Virus record (IMG/VR): IMGVR_UViG_3300040985_001718
Span: 1-28,720 of that record
Source: a virus
Taxonomy: Duplodnaviria; Caudoviricetes
Length of the DNA stretch: 28,720 nt
Reading direction: 5' to 3' (one strand)
Both the position numbers and the translations under genes were made by a program. A model generated the notes under the pieces. It saw nothing but the letters and a program-made list of their open reading frames with translations, did not search any database and was not told the origin of the DNA. Shown here in pieces: positions 8,160 through 15,938 of this stretch. Each line of letters begins with the position of its first letter. Positions within the stretch are counted from its first letter, which is position 1.

Positions 8160-9122
8160 TTACCAGCCCAACCCGCTAGGGTTTTCCTGGTTGAAGTCGG
8201 AAGCCGCCGGAAAATCCTCGGCGGCATCAGGCTTAGTTGCGGGTTTTTGCGCTGCCGCAATGGCCTTACCCCTGTCATCAGGTTCCGGGGTTGACTCGCT
8301 CTCATCATTCGCCAACGCTTGCGGTTGATCTGCTGGCGGTGCAAGTGCAGCGGCTACGTCTGCTGGCATTTCCAGCATTTGCGCAGGGTTATGCACTCCC
8401 GCTTCGCCCTGGTCATCCAGAGCGATCATGCGGCGAGCCGTCGTAGACTTTGGCGCATACTTTGCAACACGCTTTAGAACAGTTTTCTTGCTCATTTGCG
8501 CCGGGTATTTCGTCCACGGCGAGTAGGCCGAGTCAGTACCCCTGACGCCTAGACGGATGGCTTGGATTTCCGATTCCGGCATGTAATCAAAGATGGCCTC
8601 GCCAGTCGTCAGCTTCACCATTGCCCAAGCTCCGATGCGATCCCCGCGATCCTCGAACGCCGGAACGTGATTAAGAACTGAGTTCAGCCCCTTTGCGTAC
8701 TCGAATTTGTCATTCCCGTGGACTACGTCAGCGTCAACCAGCGCCACCATTTCATTTTGGTAGAGCGCCTTCACGCAACCGTGATAGCCCATCTCCAGGT
8801 TTGCTACCCACTGGCCGGAGATGAAGCGCGGAATCAGATAGCAAAGCCCCTCTGCGCTTCCCGGCTCCATCCCCAAGCGGATAGCCTCAAGAGCCGCGCA
8901 GGTCAGCGAGTCAAAGGTGCATTGCAGTAGCTTCGGCGTATCCCTGATACAAGTCCAAATCACAGCCTTAAAGCGATCTACCGCCTTGTCTGGCGTCAAT
9001 CCAGGCGTAACTGGCAAAAGGCCGGATATGGCTTTGCGAATGTTGGGGGAATCAAACCATGCGAAAAACTGCACTTGCATATTCGCGGGTTGATTCGTCG
9101 GCGGTTGCTGGTTATCACTCAT
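8160..9122 (-). CDS. recT: RecT-family single-strand annealing protein
   Basis: LGMEP...G.CYLIP, MGYHG, PW..YP.QM.KKTVLKR; YqaJ gene nearby. Confidence 0.92.
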   Translation of the reverse strand: MSDNQQPPTNQPANMQVQFFAWFDSPNIRKAISGLLPVTPGLTPDKAVDRFKAVIWTCIRDTPKLLQCTFDSLTCAALEAIRLGMEPGSAEGLCYLIPRFISGQWVANLEMGYHGCVKALYQNEMVALVDADVVHGNDKFEYAKGLNSVLNHVPAFEDRGDRIGAWAMVKLTTGEAIFDYMPESEIQAIRLGVRGTDSAYSPWTKYPAQMSKKTVLKRVAKYAPKSTTARRMIALDDQGEAGVHNPAQMLEMPADVAAALAPPADQPQALANDESESTPEPDDRGKAIAAAQKPATKPDAAEDFPAASDFNQENPSGLGW

Positions 9123-9136
9123 GCGGTTAGTTTACT

Positions 9137-10144
9137 CTATCGGTTGGGGGTTGGAAGGGTTTTTTCAACTTGCACGATTCTTTCACCGATCCAGCGCATG
9201 ACTGGCACGGCCATACTGTTTCCAATTGCCTTATATCGCGGCCCGTCCTTGGCCGGTTTCCCTCGGTATGTCACCCGCGTATAGTTGTCTGGAAATCCTT
9301 GTAGCCGCTCGCATTCCTTCGGCGTTAGGCGGCGTACCTGCTGCCGCCGAGCGTTAATCGAAACCGCCGGCGCATGAGATCCAGCAGCTAGTGTATGGCA
9401 CGGGTCACCCTGCTTTGGGTCACTCCGGTTCGCCGCACTGGTGATTTGCGTCGTGTCAAATGCCAAATAAGTTTCGTCCGCATTATTGCGACCCGTTCCG
9501 CCCTTCGCCATCAACGCACTAGCTACGCGACCGCCACCATTTCCAAGATTTCCCGCAGCAAGTCCGGCAGTATCTTGCCGCGTTTCTTTGCCCGGCGCAG
9601 GATGCCCGCGCAAGCTTTCACGCTCAAGCAATACCGCCGCAGGTGGTCGCCAGTCTCCAAAATATCCGACAACGAAGACACGGCGGCGACGTTGGGGAAC
9701 TCCGAAATATTGAGCGTCCAAAACGCGGTAGGCGAACCCATACCCGATTTCCCCCAGCCCCCCGAGGAAGGAACCAAAATCCCGTCCGTCGTTTGACGAC
9801 AGGACACCGGGGACGTTTTCCCAGACAATCCACTTGGCGCGTGTTGCATCAGCAAGTCGCAAAAATTCGAGCGCCAGGTTGCCACGAGGATCGTCCATTC
9901 CGCCTCTGAGTCCCGCGACGCTGAAGGATTGGCAGGGGGTTCCTCCCACAAGAAGGTTGATTGATCCATGATTTCTGGGCTTGATTTTCGTCATGTCCCC
10001 CAAGTTGGGAACGCTTGGAAACCGCTCGGCTAACACCGCCGACGGAAACTTGTCTATTTCGGAAAACCATTGAGGCTCCCACCCCAACGGCTCCCATGCG
10101 ACACTGGCGGCCTCTATACCGCTACAAACTGAGCCATACCTCAC
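9137..10144 (-). CDS. DNA (cytosine-5) methyltransferase
   Basis: Motif I SVCSGIEA, motif IV GGTPCQSFS, motif VI ENVPG, motif VIII PQRRRRVF, motif IX RRLTPKECERLQGFPD, motif X YKAIGNS. Confidence 0.95.
   Translation of the reverse strand: MRYGSVCSGIEAASVAWEPLGWEPQWFSEIDKFPSAVLAERFPSVPNLGDMTKIKPRNHGSINLLVGGTPCQSFSVAGLRGGMDDPRGNLALEFLRLADATRAKWIVWENVPGVLSSNDGRDFGSFLGGLGEIGYGFAYRVLDAQYFGVPQRRRRVFVVGYFGDWRPPAAVLLERESLRGHPAPGKETRQDTAGLAAGNLGNGGGRVASALMAKGGTGRNNADETYLAFDTTQITSAANRSDPKQGDPCHTLAAGSHAPAVSINARRQQVRRLTPKECERLQGFPDNYTRVTYRGKPAKDGPRYKAIGNSMAVPVMRWIGERIVQVEKTLPTPNR
9523..9969 (-). CDS. Nested alternative-frame ORF, M.EcoHK31I beta-like methyltransferase partner
   Basis: W.KSGM....FWTLN.SE.P....SSLSDILET....RY.LS.KACAGILRRA.KRGK.LP resembles, from recall, the alternative-frame polypeptide of this MTase class. 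Confidence 0.7.
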   Translation of the reverse strand: MDQSTFLWEEPPANPSASRDSEAEWTILVATWRSNFCDLLMQHAPSGLSGKTSPVSCRQTTDGILVPSSGGWGKSGMGSPTAFWTLNISEFPNVAAVSSLSDILETGDHLRRYCLSVKACAGILRRAKKRGKILPDLLREILEMVAVA

Positions 10145-11134
10145 CTATTCATGCTCCGCTTTCCGACGGTTGAGGGTTCGCCCACGCGCACCCTTCCGAT
10201 GCGTCCAGCAAGCGCCAGATGGCAAATGAAGTTCGTTCGATTTCCCCATCACTTGCTTAATGCGATTGCGGATTCCTTCCCATTCTTCGAGCGCTTCCTT
10301 TTTCTTCGCTTCGACGTCGATGTATTTTCGATCAAGCTCGCAAATCTCCTCCATCGTTTCACTTGGAAGCTCAAGCGCTTGGATCGGTGGCGCTCCGTCG
10401 TCAGGGTTCAGCTTCTTTAGAATCGCCGTATCCTTCTCGGTTGCCGGTGGCTCGTTCCCTTCGACAATATGGCCTTCATACCATGATGAAAGGAATTCGA
10501 GGTTTTCCATCGGTGCTTGCGGTTCGGGAATGAAATGGTATTGATCGTCGCCGAATCCAATCAGCGCGGATAGATACGTTCCCTGCAATCCCATCACGGC
10601 GGCGTTGTGGCTTGCCTGAGTCTGGTAATACAGCGGAACCCCGCTATACCATTCCTTGCGCATGAACTCGCTGCTCGTCTTGGCTTCCCAAACCCACAGC
10701 TTGCCGGTCACAGTGTCCAGCAGCAAGCCGTCAGGTGACGCATGGCAGCGCGGGTAGTCAGGATGGCGCACCAAAAGAATCGACGCTTCACCCTCACCGA
10801 AAACGTGGATTTGCAGCTTTAGACCTGACTCCGAATGATACCTTTTCAGCCACGCCCGCATCAATTCGCCGTCGGTGATTAACTGATAGCGGCCAGGGTT
10901 GGTACGCTCCAAATAATCCATCGTCAAATCGCGGATCATCGGTTCAGCCATCAAGCCAACCTTTAGCCGAGTGGTCGGCGCTTCGGGTTCAACTAGCCCG
11001 CTCTTTTTCAGGTAGACCGAAAGCGGAGTATCCCAGTTGCTATTGCCAGCGATTGCAGCGGCCTCACTTCCGCCGATTGAGTTATGGCGTTCATCGAGCC
11101 ATTGCTGAATGATTGCATTGCTTAGGCGGGTCAT
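10145..11134 (-). CDS. YqaJ / lambda-exonuclease family nuclease
   Basis: IGGSEAAAI, ASPDGL, EAKT, YY.TQ. Start reassigned to ATG 11134 (TAATG overlap with the upstream gene). Confidence 0.9.
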   Translation of the reverse strand: MTRLSNAIIQQWLDERHNSIGGSEAAAIAGNSNWDTPLSVYLKKSGLVEPEAPTTRLKVGLMAEPMIRDLTMDYLERTNPGRYQLITDGELMRAWLKRYHSESGLKLQIHVFGEGEASILLVRHPDYPRCHASPDGLLLDTVTGKLWVWEAKTSSEFMRKEWYSGVPLYYQTQASHNAAVMGLQGTYLSALIGFGDDQYHFIPEPQAPMENLEFLSSWYEGHIVEGNEPPATEKDTAILKKLNPDDGAPPIQALELPSETMEEICELDRKYIDVEAKKKEALEEWEGIRNRIKQVMGKSNELHLPSGACWTHRKGARGRTLNRRKAEHE

Positions 11135-11376
11135 TAGTTCGCCCCCATCAATGCGGAAATCACGATGTACGCGCCGCCCCAAAAGATAGCGCAGGATGCG
11201 AAGATGAAGCCCATAGCAAGCCAAGGGTTCCCCTTCATGCGGTCATCTTCGCTCAACTTCACCCGCGTATTGTGCGACTTGCAAGATGGGCAGTTGGCGT
11301 TGCCGCTCCATTCATCGGGCAAGGGTTCGCAGTGTCCACAGATGAGACATTTCAGGATTGATTGATTTTCACTCAT
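11134..11376 (-). CDS. Zn-ribbon plus C-terminal transmembrane small protein; first gene of the leftward early arm
   Basis: CLICGH...CPSCKS, followed by a hydrophobic C-terminal helix. Confidence 0.75.
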   Translation of the reverse strand: MSENQSILKCLICGHCEPLPDEWSGNANCPSCKSHNTRVKLSEDDRMKGNPWLAMGFIFASCAIFWGGAYIVISALMGAN

Positions 11377-11533
11377 GCCGTTACTCTACATCATCCCGCG
11401 AGAAAAAAAGACTTATTTTGCTTTATTTGCATTCATTTCGTGGTGGGAAATATTTACCACCTTGGGCATAAATTGAAAAATGAGGGGCAAAAACTTCCAA
11501 TGGATCGCGCCGACTGGTTGTATTATGCCCCTC
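11377..11533. promoter_or_regulatory. Divergent early promoter region
   Basis: AT-rich. Leftward TAGAGT (11383-88) is 6 nt before ATG 11376; rightward TATTAT (11521-26) is 7 nt before ATG 11534. GTGGT-N11-ACCAC inverted repeat at 11440-11460. Confidence 0.6.
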
Positions 11534-11977
11534 ATGGGTAAGCACCATAAGGATACGCCAACGGGCAACAATGCGCAAACTCAGCGCGTGAAAGGTTCGG
11601 GACGCCCCAAAAAAGGCGACACCAGCAAGCGGAAAGTCGGGCAACCGAGCAAACCCAACCTTTTCTGCCAGCTAACACGCCAGGAAATGGCCTGCGCTTG
11701 GGCCGAACGCTTAGGCGCAGCCGAAATCCTGGTTTACTGCTTCCTGCGAACCTGGGCCGTCAACTTTGGCAAAGGCCAGGACAGCATGAGCAACAAGGAT
11801 ATGCCTAGCTATGCGGAGATGGCCGAGCAATTAGGGATGCCCTACAGCACATTCCGGCGAGCCGTAGACGGGCTGAGAAAGGCCCGCCTAGTGCGCGTGA
11901 TTAAGAAGTCGAGAAAGGGCGAAAAGGTGCGCATTTTGATTTGCTCGATTCACGCCGCAGATGCCAAAATCTCATAA
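11534..11977 (+). CDS. Winged-HTH protein, probable replication initiator / origin-binding protein
   Basis: LVYCFL...PSYAEMAEQLGMPYSTFRRAVDGLRKARLV; immediately followed by iteron-like repeats. The start could alternatively be 11480. Confidence 0.7.
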   Translation: MGKHHKDTPTGNNAQTQRVKGSGRPKKGDTSKRKVGQPSKPNLFCQLTRQEMACAWAERLGAAEILVYCFLRTWAVNFGKGQDSMSNKDMPSYAEMAEQLGMPYSTFRRAVDGLRKARLVRVIKKSRKGEKVRILICSIHAADAKIS

Positions 11978-11981
11978 TGAT

Positions 11982-12045
11982 GCGCCATTATTTGGGCGGT
12001 CAAAGCGCCATTATTTGGGCGGTAAAAACGCTCAAATAATGGCCC
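11982..12045. repeat. Iteron-like repeats, putative replication origin
   Basis: GCGCCATTATTTGGGCGGT occurs exactly at 11982-12000 and 12005-12023 (23-bp period); an inverted copy (15/18 match) lies at 12028-12045. Confidence 0.75.
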
Positions 12046-12162
12046 CCAGGGAGAGTAGAAGAAAAAGAAGGAGAAGCTGCTGCTTCAAGATCATGCCGAC
12101 ACATAAATAATAGGTAGTCCAAGTCCCTTACGCAGCAGCAGCCATTTCATTAAAAAATAACC

Positions 12163-12783
12163 ATGAGCGAAGAACAAGAGCCAACCCAATTTGCCCCCAC
12201 GATTGAACACGCCGAACGCCTGGGATACTTCATCGCCAGCAAATGCAATAACCCAGTCCCTGCCGGTGATGAGATTAAATCTCTTTTGGCCTTCCTACGG
12301 GAGCGAAAAGAACCCATCGCGCCGTACATTCGCAATGGTGCTTGGCTAGAGCAGGTACGGCAAGACACCGTAGAGATGTTTTCGCGCACCTCTGGCGCGT
12401 CGTTGATCCAATGCTGGATCACCAAGGCCGGAGACAGACTAAACCGCTCAGCGGCGCTTAAAACGGCTGCTGTCGAGCGCGACAAAGACGGCCACGCCCT
12501 GCTTGCCGGTGAAAAACGGTGGACTTTCGAGCAGTTGGAGCGCGACATTGCCCGGTTGCAGTCCCTAATCCCATTCTTCGAGGGGCAGATTTTGGACACG
12601 GAAGGCCGGATCAAGTTCACCGAAACGGAGCAAAGCGAAGCTGACTTCGCCGATTTCACGTTTACCCGGCTGGAATACCTGCGAAATGAGCGGGAAACGC
12701 TCGCCTCATTTGAGAAGGAACTGGCCGACTCCAAAGAGGTTTTGCGACTTCGGCAGCTTACCCGTGACAATTTCCACGCATAA
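12163..12783 (+). CDS. Hypothetical protein, replication-region
   Basis: 206-aa ORF with a helical or coiled-coil C-terminus. Confidence 0.7.
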   Translation: MSEEQEPTQFAPTIEHAERLGYFIASKCNNPVPAGDEIKSLLAFLRERKEPIAPYIRNGAWLEQVRQDTVEMFSRTSGASLIQCWITKAGDRLNRSAALKTAAVERDKDGHALLAGEKRWTFEQLERDIARLQSLIPFFEGQILDTEGRIKFTETEQSEADFADFTFTRLEYLRNERETLASFEKELADSKEVLRLRQLTRDNFHA

Positions 12784-12823
12784 ACCCCTCACACGCCCGC
12801 TAGGAATGCTGTATCATTCCCCG

Positions 12824-12890
12824 GTATCAATCTCTGGTGGATTGGTTCACTCATACTTTCCGGGCGACTTTCGGGTTTCCCGGAATTTTT
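12824..12890 (+). ncRNA. Candidate small RNA antisense to AUGAGUGA gene starts
   Basis: -10-like TATCAT at 12812-17; 5' hairpin 12826-12846; unpaired UCACUCAU at 12847-54; terminator 12858-90. The 5' end is estimated. Confidence 0.6.
12858..12890 (+). terminator. Intrinsic terminator
   Basis: TTCCGGG-c-GACT-ttcg-GGTT-t-CCCGGAA followed by TTTTT. Confidence 0.8.
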
Positions 12891-12925
12891 CTGTTTTATG
12901 CTAGAGGGTGGTGTATTCTAACCGC

Positions 12926-13426
12926 ATGAGTGAAGCCTACGAATCTAGCCACATAAATAAAACCCACTCCTTCCACTGTGGAGCGTGCAACTACTCTGCT
13001 GAGGTTGTTACATCAAAAAGACCTGAGCAAATAAAATGCCCTAAATGCGCAAAGGAAGGTGAAGAACACCCAACAGGAAGTATGGCCGACGCCTTGAAAG
13101 GACCGTCTGACGCTATCGGCGATTTCGACGCGGCTACCAATAAGGTTTTCCCTGATTCGGATCGAGGGAATGCGGTTGACGTAAACGCAAAAAACCTCTG
13201 CCTTACTTGGGATTACTGCCCAGACGATTCAGATGAAACCTTTGACGCTGAGGCCCACATCATGCGCAACGGCATAGGCGCAGTTTCCGGCGTGAACTTC
13301 TGCTTTGGCAGCATTGACGACACCGTAATTGACTTCACCATCGACGGCGCAGCAGATCAACTCCTAGAGGTCTTTGAAGGCGTCTGCGCCCTTATCCGAA
13401 ACCAAACGAACAAACTAAAAGGCTAA
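12926..13426 (+). CDS. Zn-ribbon-containing hypothetical protein
   Basis: CGAC...CPKC N-terminus. Start reassigned to ATG 12926, which lies 6 nt after TATTCT. Confidence 0.75.
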   Translation: MSEAYESSHINKTHSFHCGACNYSAEVVTSKRPEQIKCPKCAKEGEEHPTGSMADALKGPSDAIGDFDAATNKVFPDSDRGNAVDVNAKNLCLTWDYCPDDSDETFDAEAHIMRNGIGAVSGVNFCFGSIDDTVIDFTIDGAADQLLEVFEGVCALIRNQTNKLKG

Positions 13427-13491
13427 ATCCCCACCTCCAGCGTTACGCCGCTCTACGCTAAAGGGCGGCAATTCACTACGAATCACAAAAC

Positions 13492-14886
13492 ATGAGCGAA
13501 TCAAAATCACTTCTTCGAGTTAAAGCCGTTCGCGGTCGCAACTGCGCAATCCTTGAGTCCTTCGATCTCCAATTTGACAAGGACAAGCACCTAATCCCAG
13601 TCCGTGGGAAGAACGGCGCGGGCAAAACTACCTTCCTGAATATCCTCCGCTCAATGCAAGGCGGAGCCAGCGCAATTGCCGCTGAACCCGTAACGCATGG
13701 CCAGGAAGACGGCTTTCACGAAATCGAACTTGAGCCAATCGACGGGAACGGCGACGTCGTAGAAATCACCCGCAAGTTCAATGATGAAGGCAAGAAGTCG
13801 CTGACCGTCATGGAAGGCGACCGGGCCAAGAATCAAACCTATCTCAGCGGCTTGGTTGGTGAACTGCGTGACCCTTTAGCGTTTACCGCTATGGAGGGGA
13901 AGAAGCTCACTGAGGCCGTTATGAAGATGGTGGACTTAGGCGATTTCAGCTTGTCCGACAATCGCGCCGAATTGAAGGCAGCGGAAGACCGACGAACCGA
14001 TCAAGGCCGCGAGGTGAAGCGGATCAAGGGTTCAGTTGATAGCCTGAAAAAAGAGCTTGGCAGCTTCGACAAAGCCGCTCCCGGCCTTTCCGCTTTGATG
14101 GACGAGATTCAGGCTGCGAATGATTTGCGGAGTGCCGCGCAGATAAAGGCAAATGCGGCTGCGGCGTTGGATGAAACCTTGAAAAATTCCAGCCTTAATC
14201 ATCTGGCGCATGATGTCAGCATTGACAATGAGTGCGCTCTGATCGAATCACTCAAGGTGCAAATAGAGGAGGCCGAGGGGAGCATCGTAGAGTTCAGGAG
14301 AGAGAAGCGGCTTGCCTACGATAAGGTGCAGTCAGACACTAAAGCCCTCGCCGCTGCGAAAAAAGCCGCAGCTAAGGCCGAGAAGGCCGTTCCAGACATG
14401 GAAGCCTTGAACGCCAAACGCGAGTCCGCACAAGCCAACGATGCCAAGCGCCAGCAAGCCAAGATCTACGAAACTGCGAAGGCTGACCACAAAGCCGCAG
14501 AAAAGGAATACGCCGCTAGAGCTGAGCGTATCGAAGGATTGCGCGAGGCCGCTAAGGTTGCGCTATCCGCTGCAACTTGGCCAGCCAACGGCATGAGCTT
14601 TGACAATGATGCCGAGGTTCTACGCCTTCACGGCGCACGCTGGGAGCAATCAGGTAGCGGCGAGAAGTTCACCGCAGCCGTTGAAATCGCACTTGCTCAA
14701 CCCTCGGTACTCCAAGCACTTTGGATCAAGGATGCGTCCCTCATGGACGATGACCGCTTGCAGCACTTGGATCAACTGATGGTCGAGAAAAACTGTTGGG
14801 CATTCCTCGAAATGGTTGACAGCAAGCCAACTGAAGGCGAGAAAGACGGCGTAGCTATCCTTGACGGAGTAGCCTCAAACCTTTAA
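13492..14886 (+). CDS. SMC/Rad50-like coiled-coil ABC ATPase
   Basis: Walker A GKNGAGKTT, long Ala/Lys/Glu coiled coil, signature-like SGSGEK, Walker B/D-loop LWIKDASLMD. Confidence 0.85.
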   Translation: MSESKSLLRVKAVRGRNCAILESFDLQFDKDKHLIPVRGKNGAGKTTFLNILRSMQGGASAIAAEPVTHGQEDGFHEIELEPIDGNGDVVEITRKFNDEGKKSLTVMEGDRAKNQTYLSGLVGELRDPLAFTAMEGKKLTEAVMKMVDLGDFSLSDNRAELKAAEDRRTDQGREVKRIKGSVDSLKKELGSFDKAAPGLSALMDEIQAANDLRSAAQIKANAAAALDETLKNSSLNHLAHDVSIDNECALIESLKVQIEEAEGSIVEFRREKRLAYDKVQSDTKALAAAKKAAAKAEKAVPDMEALNAKRESAQANDAKRQQAKIYETAKADHKAAEKEYAARAERIEGLREAAKVALSAATWPANGMSFDNDAEVLRLHGARWEQSGSGEKFTAAVEIALAQPSVLQALWIKDASLMDDDRLQHLDQLMVEKNCWAFLEMVDSKPTEGEKDGVAILDGVASNL

Positions 14887-14932
14887 TAATCACCACGGCC
14901 CCGGCTTCGGTCGGGGCAACTACAATCAGAAA

Positions 14933-15151
14933 ATGAGTGAAATCGAAAAATACATCCCGCCCTTCACGTTCGGCGAGTGGATTCCCGTTACCGCGATGCT
15001 GCCGGATGATGCCAACCCCGTTTTGGTGATTGAAGCAAACGGTAGCGTTCATATCGACGGATACAACGGCGGCAAGGCTGGGTATTGGAATGGATCAGAG
15101 CCTACCCACTGGATGCCGATTCCATCTCCGCCGGAGAAAACTAATGCCTAA
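14933..15151 (+). CDS. DUF551 family protein
   Basis: WIPV...LP....VLV...THWMPIPSPP. Confidence 0.85.
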   Translation: MSEIEKYIPPFTFGEWIPVTAMLPDDANPVLVIEANGSVHIDGYNGGKAGYWNGSEPTHWMPIPSPPEKTNA

Positions 15152-15506
15152 ACCCACCCCCACGAAACCACCCGCCGACGATCTCCAAAAAGCTCTACTG
15201 GAAGCCGTCAGAACCGCAAAGCCCGTGGAACTGCTCGCCATGTTCAAAGCGATCTGCCAGCGCATCGAAACGCGGCGAAAGATTGCACCTGAGCAAATCG
15301 GCGCTGAATCGTTGTACGTCGCTTACATCCCACCAAGTGGGCCAGCAGACGGTCAATTGATGTTTGCCGGTCAGATCGACTTGCTCACTCAAGGGGTGGT
15401 CGGCTCCATGAATGATTTGATGATTGAAGCGCTCCAAATCGCAGCGCAGAAAGGGGCCGCTCAGTACGCGGAACAGCAGTACGCTCAGCGAGGGAAAGGG
15501 AACTGA
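15144..15506 (+). CDS. Hypothetical protein
   Basis: Start reassigned to ATG 15144 (GGAG upstream; overlaps the end of the DUF551 gene). Confidence 0.65.
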   Translation: MPKPTPTKPPADDLQKALLEAVRTAKPVELLAMFKAICQRIETRRKIAPEQIGAESLYVAYIPPSGPADGQLMFAGQIDLLTQGVVGSMNDLMIEALQIAAQKGAAQYAEQQYAQRGKGN

Positions 15507-15640
15507 TGGAAAGCCTAATTGAAGCTGGCCGAATCATGCGAGATTATCTCGATGCGATTGGGATTATACTTCTCCCAATTTCTGCCATCATCTTTCTGTT
15601 CATCGTGGCGATAAGGCTAAAGCGCTGGAATGACGACTAA
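15506..15640 (+). CDS. Small 44-aa single-TM protein
   Basis: Read by hand: MESLIEAGRIMRDYLDAIGIILLPISAIIFLFIVAIRLKRWNDD; TGATG coupling. Confidence 0.6.
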   Translation: MESLIEAGRIMRDYLDAIGIILLPISAIIFLFIVAIRLKRWNDD

Positions 15641-15938
15641 ATTCTGCGCCCTATGCGAGGGTAGGCCGTGCCGCTGTGGCCGGTCTGCCCTTCTTGATTT
15701 ATACAGCGACGGAATCTCAGCAGACAAGGTGCGCATTTTTTCCCGCCCTCATGCGACCACCGGCCAATTCTGCCATGCTGTAGTTGACTTTGAAGACGGC
15801 CAGATATTCGAGTATTACGGCGAAACCCTGCTCTATCCCATCGGCCCATTCATGCCTGGACAGGGAGTGCTTGCTTTTGAAGCGTTCGTTACGGCGATCC
15901 AAGATCAGGCGGAATCGACCTTTCCAGCACCTTTTTAA
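15630..15938 (+). CDS. Hypothetical protein, last gene of the rightward arm
   Basis: 102 aa with CxxC...CxC N-terminus; overlaps the convergent gene by 50 bp. Confidence 0.55.
   Translation: MTTKFCALCEGRPCRCGRSALLDLYSDGISADKVRIFSRPHATTGQFCHAVVDFEDGQIFEYYGETLLYPIGPFMPGQGVLAFEAFVTAIQDQAESTFPAPF

Noticed and set aside
11982-12045. Repeats as a mini CRISPR array
   Set aside because: The units are 19 bp with a 4-bp gap, there are no spacers and no cas genes.
12150-12770. Long antisense ORFs (12150-12770, 4878-5405, 17909-18592 and others)
   Set aside because: They mirror better-supported genes and are Ser/Arg-rich with no motifs.
12789-12854. 21-aa minus-strand ORF MSEPIHQRLIPGNDTAFLAGV
   Set aside because: It has no SD or -10 upstream, while the promoter-like element and terminator both face the plus strand. 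Kept only as the alternative to the sRNA reading.
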